Shown: in pieces, positions 1-11,700 of the stretch
How positions within the stretch are numbered: the first letter of the stretch is position 1
Layout: each line of letters starts with the position of its first letter
Origin: Amoebophrya sp. A120
Lineage: Eukaryota; Protista; Dinoflagellata
NCBI GenBank assembly: GCA_905178155.1
Contig: CAJINV010000001.1
Span: forward strand, 291,034 to 355,033
Direction: 5' to 3'
DNA length: 64,000 nucleotides
Translations under genes and position numbers: made by a program
The notes under the pieces: model-generated
What the model saw: only the letters and a program-made list of their open reading frames with translations
Told to the model about the DNA's origin: nothing
Database searches by the model: none

Positions 1-2068
1 CAAGAATGTAGGCAAACTTTTTCCCGCAAACGGAATCGCACTGTTGCTCTAACTTCAGGTAGCGCTGCCGCAACAGCTCCTGCTTTTCCATGAAGAGCTG
101 CTTGGCCGCGTCGGTTTGGTGCGGTAAAATGCCGACGCAGGAGCTCCTGTTGGTGCTACCTTTTGAAACACTTCCGGGAGAAGTGGACGATGTTGACGTC
201 GTATTTTCATTGGAAATCTGTCCGCGATCGCTGTATGCCTATGGATTGTAAAAATGTCTGGGTCTGGAAGAATGCTAGACTTGTCATGCAGGTTTTCCAT
301 GACGACCCATGTGAATGGGATCTGATATGGAGGACATAGCATGACAGATTCTGTGAGAGTTCTATCATGCCTATCGTCCTGCATTAGAAACTGCCGCTCG
401 ATTAGGTCAAAAGTGGACAGTTTTTGGTAATCATGCAGCACAGATTTTTACATGATTCAGATTTAGCATGACAAGTTGCTTTGTTCCAGACCAAGACATT
501 TTTGCATTTGATACGCTGGTGTTGACTTTGAAAATGCAATCGAACAATTGCCGCCTCTCTTCCAGTCCCATTTTCTGGACGTTCTCCTGGCATGTTTTCT
601 GACAGTCTATTGTGAGGAAAAATGTCCCCACACCAGAGTCAAGATGGAAAATCTTCGCTCGTTCGTTCGTGTGGATCGGCTCTGCCGACCGGGTAGCCCA
701 TCGCCTCACATACAAATGACCGACGCGAACCCCGTTGCGGGACATACATATGGCCATATGGCCGCACGGAGGGGCCCTAAGCGCTACATACATAGTTCAC
801 CCTAAGCGCCTACCACTTCGGTCGGGACTGAGTCTACCTGGTCCTGGGGGTTCACAGCGCACTAGCCCTCTTGCTAGCATAAACAGATTGGGTTCTACAA
901 ACTGATCTAACTCCTTATGACAGTCAGGCCATCTTAAAGGACAAATCAACCAGCTATGGTTGTTCCGCATGACAAGTTTGCTCTCGTAGTGTAATCCTGT
1001 TTAGCTAGTAGTTCCGAAGCATCACAGACGTAGCATATCATGCTCATCTTAGCATCACAAATTCCCAAACACGAAGGGAAAGTGGCTCTTTTGGGGCGTC
1101 GCATCATCATCATCATCATCATGTAGTGGACACCCGCACCCAGCGCCACAGGTCAAGGATCCCCTCCCCGGGGGGTGGGCGAGGAAGCACTTTCGGCGAC
1201 CTCAACATACAAAAGCCGAGCGCTACCACGGCAAGTCGCCCCAATAAAAGTGCCAACCAGTCGGGAGCTACCCACCACACCTGATCAGTACAGCCCGGCC
1301 TGCTAGCCGAGCGCGACAGCCCAGTATACAGAACGATCCAGGACCCGACCCATTTTACGCCATAAGTATTTGCTCTCACGGAAGAGACGACGCACCCCTT
1401 TGGGCTAAGGGGCGAGACTCTCCCTTAAGCCGCAACCCCACCCGGACAGGGGGGGCTGGACCATTTGTGCCTTCCCTGCGGCCGGCACGGACGAAAAAGG
1501 CAAGTGCGCGGACCGGAGATGCCAAGCGAACCATTGGCCAGTTGTTTGTCACGCTGACTGGCAACCCACCTGGGGCACAGCGACAGCTTAAAGGTTTAGT
1601 TTGTGCGTGGCAGTCTTAGTGCAGCTACTTGACTTATTCTGCAACAGAAGCAAAGGGTGGGAGGGGGGACGGGGATCATAAGCCGGAATCATCATCATCA
1701 TGTAGTGGACACCCGCCCCCAGCGCCACAGGTCAAGGACCCCCTCCCCGGGGGGTGGGCGAGGAAGCACTTTCGGCAACCTCATCATACAAAAGCCGGGC
1801 GCTACCACGGCAAGTCGCCCCAAGAAAAGTACCAACCAGTCGGGAGCTACCCACCACACCTTTTTTTGGCATGAGATTTGCATGACAGCTCTGGGGTGGG
1901 GACGTTTTTAAATATGACACAGTCCTTCTTTGCGTCAAAGAACTCCCAAACCCGGCCGCGCATTTGCTGCGGGCGCGCAGCGTTCAGCGTGCTTTCCAGC
2001 TCAGCGACATCCTTCGGGCGGAAATGCTCCATGATAGTGCGACAGAATAATTCCTTCAAGAACAAGAT
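1..2068 (-). CDS. Hypothetical protein, partial (multi-exon; runs off the window start; 5' exons unresolved)
   Basis: Removing introners 608-1919 and 240-513 gives a continuous frame ...EFFDAKKDC|QKTCQENVQKMGLEERRQLFDCIFKVNTS|AYSDRGQISNENTTS...KQELLRQRYLKLEQQ. Confidence 0.6.
240..513. mobile_element. Introner family A (A1), 274 bp
   Basis: TIR tatggattgtaaaaatgtctgggtctggaa / ttccagaccaagacatttttgcatttgata. TSD not recognisable. Removable as an in-frame GT-AG intron 239-514 on the minus strand. Confidence 0.9.
656..930. mobile_element. Nested insertion inside D1, no TIR
   Basis: Flanked by atctt at 651-655 and 931-935. Its removal restores colinearity with D2/D3. Confidence 0.6.
1102..1861 (-). 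mobile_element. Nested retroposon-like insertion with ~170-bp terminal direct repeats ending in (TGA)n tails
   Basis: 1102-1282 and 1688-1861 are near-identical, and each begins on + with (cat)n. Confidence 0.6.
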
Positions 2069-3487
2069 CTGAGGTGTACTACTCTTCAAGCTACATCACC
2101 GTGTAGCTTACTACTAGTATGTAAGGGCAGCTTCGCGCAGTGCTGGCGCAAGTAAGTGCGAGCTACACGCGCACGAACTGCATTTGTCTTTCCCGCCAGC
2201 ATGCAAACTCGAAACTGATGTCACACACTCGCAACACCAGCATCGGTCGGAAATGTGATGTTTTCTTTACTTTGCGCCAAATAATTTCTTTCTTTTTTTC
2301 AGCAGACAACAGGACTCGGATACTTTCGAACATCACTACAGCCTGAAAAGATCATCGCAGAGCGGGTGCGACATCGAGATCCGCAGAATCATCTGTATGA
2401 CAATTTTATTGAAAAAGCTGGCCCCGTTTCCTTTGAAATGGCCTTGGCCCCAAAGGGACAGTAATATTGATATTTTGCACTGTAGCACCACGTTGCGAAG
2501 TCCAAGGCAATTCAAATTTCTATATGCAAATCCTGCTGAATAGTATATTTGCTAACTATAGTGACAAATAGAAATTGGCTGGACATTAATTGTGCACTGG
2601 CGTACGTGCTAACTGAGTTCCTGCGAGTAAGTGGCTAGATATTTCTCAACAACTTGCATCCAGAATCTGGTGACCAAAAAACACCCAAAAAAGACCAAAA
2701 GACGCGTTGTAGAACTGAGACTGACTCGGGGTCACAGAAACTTGTTTTACCCGTTTTCCTGTTTAAGTCTTTCCTCACATCTCCCACCACCTCAAAATAC
2801 TTCTCAAGATCTAGAAGAATCAAGCTCAAGCGGCTGTCGTCTTCACTAATTACTTCGGCGTTTAAGGTGTGCGTGTGGGTGTGCGGCTGCCCTGCCAGGC
2901 CTGGTTGTGGTCGGGAAAAAGAAGCATGTCAAAAAAATGACTATCAGGGAGTCCGCTAGATGATTCGCGAGGAAAAAAACAAACAAGAAGAAAATCTATC
3001 AATCTATCTATCTATTGGGCAACTGGGATTTTAGGAACTTTAGGTGATGCGCCCCGCCCCCCTTCGCAGCTCGCTATAAAATTGACGTTCTGCAGACGAA
3101 GCTGTTGCCGTTCTCTCTTTCTGTTTGGAGTGGTGCGAAGACAAAAGCAATCATAAAGCGAAGATCTCCGAAAAATAAACTACTTCTCCCGCTCTTGCTT
3201 TCTATTTCTGATGATATCTCCTCCGTTGTTTTCTTAGTTTTTCGCTTTTCCTCATTCTTCTGTCGCAGGTGATCTTCGGACGGTATGGCGAGGTTGATTT
3301 TAATTTTTCTCAAATTCTGTTGGTCACGAACTTGCAGAGAGACATCAAATACCTTCAGGCTTTTTCGAATACCGTGGTAAGTGCAATCCTGCTGAGATCG
3401 ACGTCACGACTTTCCTTACCTTTGGTGGTACTAGAGGCGGGAGGTTTCCTTGTGCCTCCGTGTGTAGCATTTTGTTACTTTGTCCAA

Positions 3488-6400
3488 TCATAGGCTGGTA
3501 GCATTTTGTTTGTACACCTTGTACAATACATATAACAAAGCAACAATACCAAAGAAAAAGGAAATATAGCCGATTACACCAACTACATTCACGAGGCTAT
3601 TGCCCGAAGTAACGGCCAGGGTACTTATCCAGGAAAACCCAAAAGAAACCTGTGTGAACGAAGCTGCCGCCGGGCACGAATCCGGCACGCCTGAGGCATC
3701 CGCATCGGCGACGACGTGGCCAAACTTTTTTGCGTACTTCCCCAGATGCTCCGCGATCGAACTGGTCACGACGAATCCCGCTCGCAGTCCGCTCGCGGGC
3801 ATGCCGTCGAGAAACGTTTCCAGGGCGACTGCGCGGGAACCGCCGGTAGAGGCAGCATCAGCGAGCCGCACCGTTTGGTTGATCATAACAGCAAAGTCGC
3901 GCCCTGCTGTAGTGTACCCAGCGCTCGAGCGGTGCAAGCTTCCCAGGGCGTAACTCAAAGCCGAGTCGTCGGCGAGGTCGACCTTGAGCACCTGCGTGGC
4001 GTCGAATAAGGTCGCGAGCGAATCTACCTCGAACTGCAGCGACCTCATCGGCCCGGACACGGGAAAAAGTACTGCCGTGCGCTGGAACGGGTGCAATACG
4101 ACCGTCATCCGCCGCAGATCCGCGGCCGTCGCGGCAGGCCACATGTACCGACTGAGACCGTCGGCGTAGAGAAGCGTCTCGTCGAAGATTCGCGAAGCCA
4201 CGTCCGCGCTTTTTGGCCCGTGCATGTACGTGTTGAGGGCCAAGTAAGACGCGTCGACTACGCCCTCGGAGGCATTTCGGTGGGACGCCACTATTGCTGG
4301 TGGCAGACGCGTGAGAGCAAGACGCTTCCTTCTTTCCGCCGTTCGCGGCGAAAACAACATCGCGCCTGAAGCTTCCTGTATCAACGTGCTGCCCTGCATC
4401 AGTCTCGGCGAGAACACACGGACACCATTTGCAGAAGCTCCAGAAAACACGTAGATCTGCGCCGCGGACACGCCGCCATCTTCTGTTTCCAATTCAACCC
4501 CCCGGCCGTCCCGCTCATCCACGTCGTTGCCGTCCGCTAATACCAACGGGCTATAGGACGTAAACCGAATGGAAACCCGCTTGCTCCGCTTCATCTCCCT
4601 GTACCCCAAGCAGCGAAACACGCCCCCGGGGTGACAAGTCAGGCGCGCGGTCTTGCCGTTCGTCATGACGCAGGGAAACGGCTGAAGTGGCGTAAATATT
4701 TCGCCGAGCTTCGGCAATTCATGGAGAAACTTGACTGGAATGCGCGCAGTTGCGCCGGTCGTGGTCCTCTTCACGGTCGCGACAACGCTCTTCATGCCGG
4801 CCCCCGACTGGGTGCTTTGCACATCCAGGACGCTGGCAAATGTGCCGTTGAAGAGCGCCGAGTGCGCGGTGGCCGCGCCGGGCGGGAGCACAATCTGAAC
4901 TCTATGCGAGTCCAAGGTTTTTCGGATGTCCTGACCGCTGTAGCTGTACTTAAGTGCGGGATTATGAGAAACGTCAAGCAGCGCGCCCAACCCCTTGTCC
5001 TCCACGACACCGTTGGCACGGACGGCAACCTCCCGAATCGCGTCTCGTGATGCCGCAGCCGAAGCTGGGGGGTCCCGGAACGCCGCCAGCAGCCGCTTGA
5101 AAAATTTCGGCACCGAAACCAGCATCCACTTTAACATTTTGACCGTGTACGTCATCCCGATATTTTGTTTTTCCGCTTTCGCCTCCTCGGGCTGGCCTTG
5201 TTGCCGGATCGCGGCCGTTCCCCGCCTCGTGCGCGTTCTCCGCCTCGTGGCCGATCTTCGTCTTTCCTGGCTCGTGCCCGTTCTTTGCACGAGCGAGCCC
5301 ATCCCCCGGCTTGCGCCCGTTTGCCGATTTGTATCCCCGTTCACAACCTTGCTCGAAAAAGCCTCCGGCACTGGGCTTCTTGTGGAGATTGTGGCGTCGT
5401 GCTGCTCATGGTGCTCCTGATCAGGATTGGACTGTCCCTCGTCGTCCACGTAGAAGTCTTGCATCATCTGCGGGTCGAGGCAGTGGAACAGATGACCAGC
5501 AAGGAAAAGAAGTAGCGCCCAGAAGGAGCATCGGAAGTAGTTGTAATACCCCCGCACGTGCACAGATGCGATTGTCTTGCGCAACAACTGCGGGTCATCT
5601 TTTTTTTGCCTCCCTGCGTCGAGGAAAAGGGGGGGGGGGGTTCAGTCGCTTCGTCGCCTTTGAGGATTCCGCACTGTTGTGTGTGAATCTCGTCCCGCTG
5701 GCTTCGACAGTCAACGAATAGCCCAGGACGGACTCGGGGATGGAGAACAGGTCCCTGGCCCGAGCCAGCTCCATTTTCACGTAGAATTGCTTTTCGGTGC
5801 TGCTGCAGATCAAACTCGTACAGGAGACGTTGCTCGCGGACCTTTTCGTCGAGGAGGAGCACGCTAATGTTGCTGAAGAAACCTCGTCAAGACCGGCCTC
5901 GTTTGCCATTTCTTGCAGGATACTGTTACTGGTGTGCTTCAGCGGAAGCGCATTTTCCGAAACCGCGGCTGCCGCGCCGTCGTCCACCAAGTTGTTACAC
6001 GCAGTGCTGCCACCCGCATTTTCAACACCTCGTGCCACACCGGCTGTCCTGTTCAGATTCGCTAGGGTTGCGCTCTGGGTCTGGACGAAGGAACGGGGGA
6101 AACAGGACGAAAAGGAAGGGTTTTGCGAGGCGTTGCCGCCAGTCGAAGACCACGCTTCGTCGCCCTGGGAGGTTCCATCGACTTCATTCTTGATTCGTAA
6201 TGGATCCTGTGGAAAAGACGGGAATTCGACGTAACGATCTGCTGTCGAAGTAGAGCTGCTTGCCGCGCGAGTTCCTATGTGTACCGACGCAGCGGAGTGT
6301 CCGCCGCTCAACTCCATCCTTATGCTGTTCCACCGCACTCTAGGACACACCCCCGCAACCCGCACCCGCAGAGTCGATCCCCCTTGTTCCGGGTCAGAAG

Positions 6401-6506
6401 TATTGGAGGCGGAGAAGTATCGTTTTTTCCGAACTGGATGTGAATGAAGTAAGTACGTATAGCAAACTACAAGTCTGTTGGGTCCATATCTACGAGGACA
6501 CGGCAC
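3488..6506 (-). CDS. Hypothetical membrane protein (699-aa ORF 3488-5587, probably continuous with ORF 5595-6506)
   Basis: Long ORF with hydrophobic segments near both ends. The break between the two ORFs coincides with a G homopolymer at ~5629-5640. Confidence 0.6.
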
Positions 6507-7274
6507 CAGCTATGATCCATCTATCAAGGTAGACATCTTCTTGTTACTTTCCTTCAACAAAAACGACGAACGCCGAAACATCCTCCATATATGATTTTTC
6601 GTCGAAGACAGTACAACTTTTTCTCTTATTTCAGCACTCCAACCTCGTCTATTGCCACCTCTCAGCTTTGTTTCGTTACTGTATCAAGGCTCCCAAAGAA
6701 CTTCAAAGGACGGACTCGTCCTGTCATGCGTTTTGAACATTGATTCGATTCGACAACCTGCAAGTTGTGTGCGGATTTTTTGTTACATCTTTGCTGAACA
6801 ATTTGTAGACAACATTACTTCGCAAAAAGAAGCGCATTTCCTTTATCCCATCTTCCGCAATACGTATTCACAGGGGGCAGCACCAGTTACGATTGCTTCT
6901 TGCATTGACATACTTTTGGCTTGAAACGATAAACAAACCGATAGCGAAACAAAAAAGCTAGGTTTCTGTGGTTCTAGAAGCGAGCAGAAAAACGTCAAAA
7001 ATGTATATCGTGATGTGACAAGCACAATGCGCAGTCTCATAAGCAAGTAAGTAAGTACATTGTTGTATTTTCGTTTTAGCAGACAAGACATTATGTATGA
7101 TCACAAGCTAGGGTAAGGCACAAAGACGCAGAAGATATCAGCGTTCTCAAAAGCATCGATCGATATCATTGCAAAATTTGCTGAAGCTGCTCGTCCTGAT
7201 TTTATCGTTCCTGAAACGTCTAATGTACTTTTAGCGTAGAAACTGAGAGAAGCCAAAACCAACGTCACTCTCCA

Positions 7275-8437
7275 CTACGCTTCTTTTTCCTTCCCCATTC
7301 CGAGCCCACCATTTGCATTTTTGGCGTCGCGCTTCGCCTTCCGCATTTCGGCGAGTCGGTGCTGCTCCGCCGTCCACTCCTCCGCACTCATCGACGCCGC
7401 GGACGCTTTCAACATGGGAATCCGCGCGCGGTCCGGCACCTTCTCCGACACGAACATGCTCGAGAGTGCATTGCCCAAAGCCACCCAATCCGAGGCAACA
7501 CGATGCTGCATGCTCTCCAGTCCCTCGTTGATGGCAGCCATTTCGTGCGAGCCGTGCATGCGGGTGGCAACCTGGGAGGTTGTTTCGCGATTTTCATTTT
7601 TTTGAAAACGAAAACCCAATTTTCATTATTATGTTTTGCCCTACTTCTAAATTTAAGTAAAAAAAAAAATGGAAAAACAAAAACTCTCCTTATCTTGCAC
7701 GCAAAGAGAAGCAGGGTTAGTTGATGTATGCACACGACCAGTACCCCAATCTTCGCGCACTCCGTGCAGACGTCGTAGTCGCACTCTTCGTAGGGGCAGT
7801 GGAAGTAGGTGGTGCCTGTTGCCATGTAGGGATCCTCCTTCTTCAGCACCAGCGCGCAGTGGTTGCAGTACACCTTCTGGTTTCCGGGCGGCATGTCTCC
7901 GACCTTGCGCGGCTCCATCTGGTGGAACAAACCCATGCCGCCGGGACACACCGGACAGTCCTCCGGGGAAATCTTTGCAAGATCGGAACTCATATCGACC
8001 ACCGGCGGTGTCGCATCGATCACGCGCTGGGTCGGCGTGCCGATTTCGTACGTTTGCGTCCAAGAACTTCCGCTACTGCTGGCTCCTCCCGGCGTGTTGG
8101 GCGGCAACATCGAGGTCATGCTAGTACACGCGCCAGCAGGAGAGTGGGGATCGGAACAACTAGCGCTCGTCGGGGAAGTGGTTGTCATGGTGGAACAAGA
8201 ACTACTCTTGCAGACACCACTGGCTGTAGTACTGTCGCGCAACATCTTGGAACTTCTCGGCTCCTCTGGAACGGGTTCGTCATGGAGATCTTCCACCGCA
8301 TCGAGGAAATCGCTGCTCTTTTCTAGAGCCTGCGGCTGGCCCGGCTGCAACCGCAGGCCGAGGGAAAAGCGCGTAGAGAACGCGAGGACTGCGCAAGTAG
8401 AAACAGCGACGAACCGCTGAACAAGTAGGGCAAACAT
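7275..8437 (-). CDS. Hypothetical protein with N-terminal hydrophobic leader and ZZ-like zinc finger
   Basis: MFALLVQRFVAVSTCAVLAFS leader; YCNHC...FHCPYEECDYDVCTECAK; second exon ~7275-7570. Confidence 0.6.
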
Positions 8438-8779
8438 GATTGGCGAGTTTTTGTTCGATTTTGAGTTTTCAAGGTGACCACGTTGTACTCGAACCGAAGA
8501 CAATGACGGGTGAACTGCAACTACACGCTGCGTGTTTCGTAAGTCGTGCCTACAAACATTTGTGAATAGTACTTCAAGTCGTTTAGATGAAGATGTTAAT
8601 GTTTTGTCGATTGGTATGTGACAAAAACCACCACCACCAACTGACCGCAAAAAGGAAAGAGAAAGTGAGGAAGTGATGAACAAGTGCCAGCAACTGTTAC
8701 TCAGAAACAGCTTTATTTCGTTTTCAACAAATCTTCTTTCATCCGCCTAGATTCCACTTCTTTCGTGGTAGTTTTACAT

Positions 8780-11700
8780 TTAGCCAAAGCCCGAAAGCGA
8801 AAAATGTAGACGATTAAGATCCGTCTGGTCTGGGCTGCCGCGGGCTGTTGCTGAGCCAGAGCTCCACAGCGGAAAATTGTACAAGATGTCTGATGCATTT
8901 GGACTGCTTGTGACTGGGATCGATGTGTCCAACAACTTGCCCTTCTCAACTTTACTTCCCTTTTCTTTCCTCGCCAACAGCGCGGCCTTACGCTCGTCGC
9001 TATCGAAAAAGAATCCGTGCTCCGAAACCGCCTTCGCAGAGGCGATCCTTTCCGCGATTTCGATCCGCAGAAGACCTGTGACTAGTTCTTGCGCACTGCT
9101 GCCCGCCTTTTTCCACCAGCGGGACTCGCGGCGCGTGCGACCCAGGACAATAGTGCCGTCGTCGTTCCAAAGCACGGGATCCCGGTGCAAGTCGGCCAGC
9201 ATCTCGTAGCTGCCCACGTCAAAGGGGGTCGCACCAACAAGCAGCTCGTAGAAAATCGTGCCCAGGGCCCACAAGTCACTCTTCTCACTGTACGCTCGGT
9301 CCTGCAGAATCTCGGGCGCGAGATTGCACAGCGTCCCGACCAGGCCCTGCTCCTGGTCGGCAGTCTTATCATTGATGTTCTGGTGACGAAGATCTTCAGG
9401 AGAACGCTGCCTCTGAAAGTTCTTGTCTGGGGTGATGGGGCGGGCTGGCAGTGCTGCTACGCTCTGCTTTGGTGACTGAGGTCCGTCCTGTTCTTCCTGC
9501 GCCGGTGCTACTTTTTCAGATGTATCGGGTTGTTCCTGCACTAGGCCTTGCCCAGTGTCGGTCGGCGTGGGTGCGTCTGCTCGATCACTTTTCGGAACAG
9601 TGGTGTCATTCGAGCTCTGAAGCTTTGCCCGCACAAACTGCTTGTCAACATCGAGCGTCTTGTTGATTTCTTCTTTTTCGACGCAATTTCCTATGCTAGC
9701 CGCATCACCTCCCAGTGCGGTTCTAAGTAAGAGACGACCAAGTGCAGACGCCTCGCTGCTTGTACCGCTGGTGGAGGGCGCGGCCGGTAATGCATCGCCG
9801 GCAGGTGCAGAGTTTCTTGGGGAACTGCCTTCCCAAATTTTAGCAGGCTGCTCGGAAGACGGAACTGGGACCGAGCCAGCTTCTGCTGCGGCAACTACTG
9901 CAACTACAGCTGGGTGCTTCACAGATGAAAACGCCTGTTCCCTCTTATCAGGCTCAGAAGAGATGCTTCGTAGGCTTCTATGATCGCCATCCTGTTTTGC
10001 AGGCACGTGGACCACAGGTGTTGCACCAGTGGTCGTGTTTTTGTCTGTATCGGCGACGGAAGAAGCCAGTTTCCCGAGTGCAGCACCTTTGGAGGCCAGT
10101 TCATTCGCAACCGGGTTATGTGTTCTTTCCTCCTCTGATGCAACCGCCGCAGCCGTGCTTTTGCTGATCGTTGCATGATTGGTGACCTCGGTGAGTCGTG
10201 AGAGACCAAAGTCCAGCAGTACCAACTCCTTGAGGTCGAGGTCCCGAAAGCGAAAATTTTCGATCTTCAAATCTCGGTGAAGAATGCCCGCAGCATGGAC
10301 GGCGGCCACTGCGCTGGCCATCATGCTCATGCACCGCCGAAGAAAATCGAAGGTCAGTGTGGGATTGTCGCTCCACGCCCCAAAGCCTGGTTTCGGTGGA
10401 GGTAGCGCAGCTGGCTGCTCCGGGGGGAGCGGCGTTTGCCGCGATACCGCAGCCGGGAGGTCGGCTCCACCATTTGTAGTCGACACAACGGGTGGTCCAC
10501 CAGGCGTCGTTCGACTCGATGAAGCACCACCGGCATTGGCAACACTGCCCATACCCTGTTCAGCTGGTCCATTTTTCATCATGTGCTCCCCTCGCAGATT
10601 GTTCTGGCGGCGCAACCCACTAACAGCGACTACCTCGCCCGCGGTTTGCATTGGCATAGCTAGCGGAGCGGTGTTTGGTGACGCGGTGAACTTCGTTGAG
10701 TTGCCGCTGTTGTCTACTCCTGGTCCTGTTGCTGTTTCACCCAGGCCATTAACACCACTCGTCCCCAGCACATTTCTACTACCATCATCATCAAGCACTT
10801 TACTCCTGCTACTGCTCGACGACGCGCTGAAGGTTTCCGGCGACGAAGCTTGGAGGGTCGTTTGCGCACCTTGAGCAAGCTGGTCTACTCCAGCCTGCAG
10901 CCGACTAGCGCCAGCACCTCCTCCTGCAGCAGTCGGCGAAAAGCTTCGATCTTCGCGGCGCTGCACCGCTAGAAGCGTATTTTGCCCGCCTCTACCCGAC
11001 ACTGCCGTCTCCAGACTGCGAAACCCGCGGCGGCGCGCGTTCCGGTCCCCCGTGACGGCGTCGAAGTCGCGGTCCAGGGACACAAACTTGCTCGGGGAAA
11101 CGAGGGACTCGGAAGATTGCAGGTCGCGATGGAGGCCGACGTCGGAGCCCGCCGTGAACGAACTTTGCCCGGACAGCATGGTGGTGCCGCTGGGTGCGGT
11201 TACGGCCCGCGGCGCAAACTCCAAAGTGTTGTTCAGCGGCGAGTCCGGCAGATCTTGCTGGATAATTCGCGGGCCGAATTGGATGCTGTTGTCATTCGCG
11301 CTGTCGCCGAGAGCCGTTGCAGATGACTGCATGTAATCCGACGAGCTGGAGGACGTATTTTGATCGCCACCGACGGTTAGCGAGGCATCAAGGACCGGTC
11401 GAGGGCGGCTCGTCGTGCTTGATGGGGCGACAGTGTTGACTTCTTGTTCATCGGCAGCTGGAAGATCCAGTTGTACTGCTGTCCCATGGTCTTCCGCCGC
11501 CGTAGTTGGCGGAGACTGCAACAAAGCGACGTGCTCTTGTTCTTCGCCAGCGACCCTTGGTCCAAGTTGGGGCTGATTGGCGCTTGCTGGTTCGGTACTT
11601 CTGTTTCGCGAACCCCCTTTACTCACCCCATTCTTGGGTGGAGTGTCAAGCTTCGCAAGCGGGTCTGGCATTTCCTGCACGGAAAGCACGAGTTCTTGGT

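Larger units (their letters stand above)
608..1919. mobile_element. Introner family D (D1), expanded to 1312 bp by two nested insertions
   Basis: TIR core aaaaatgtccccacaccagag / ctctggggtggggacgttttt. Perfect TSD cagtc at 603-607 and 1920-1924. Core segments align with D2/D3 (283-284 bp). Confidence 0.85.

Noticed and set aside
5588-5640. Programmed frameshift between ORFs 5595-6506 and 3488-5587
   Set aside because: The break lies beside a long G homopolymer, so a sequencing indel or small intron is simpler.
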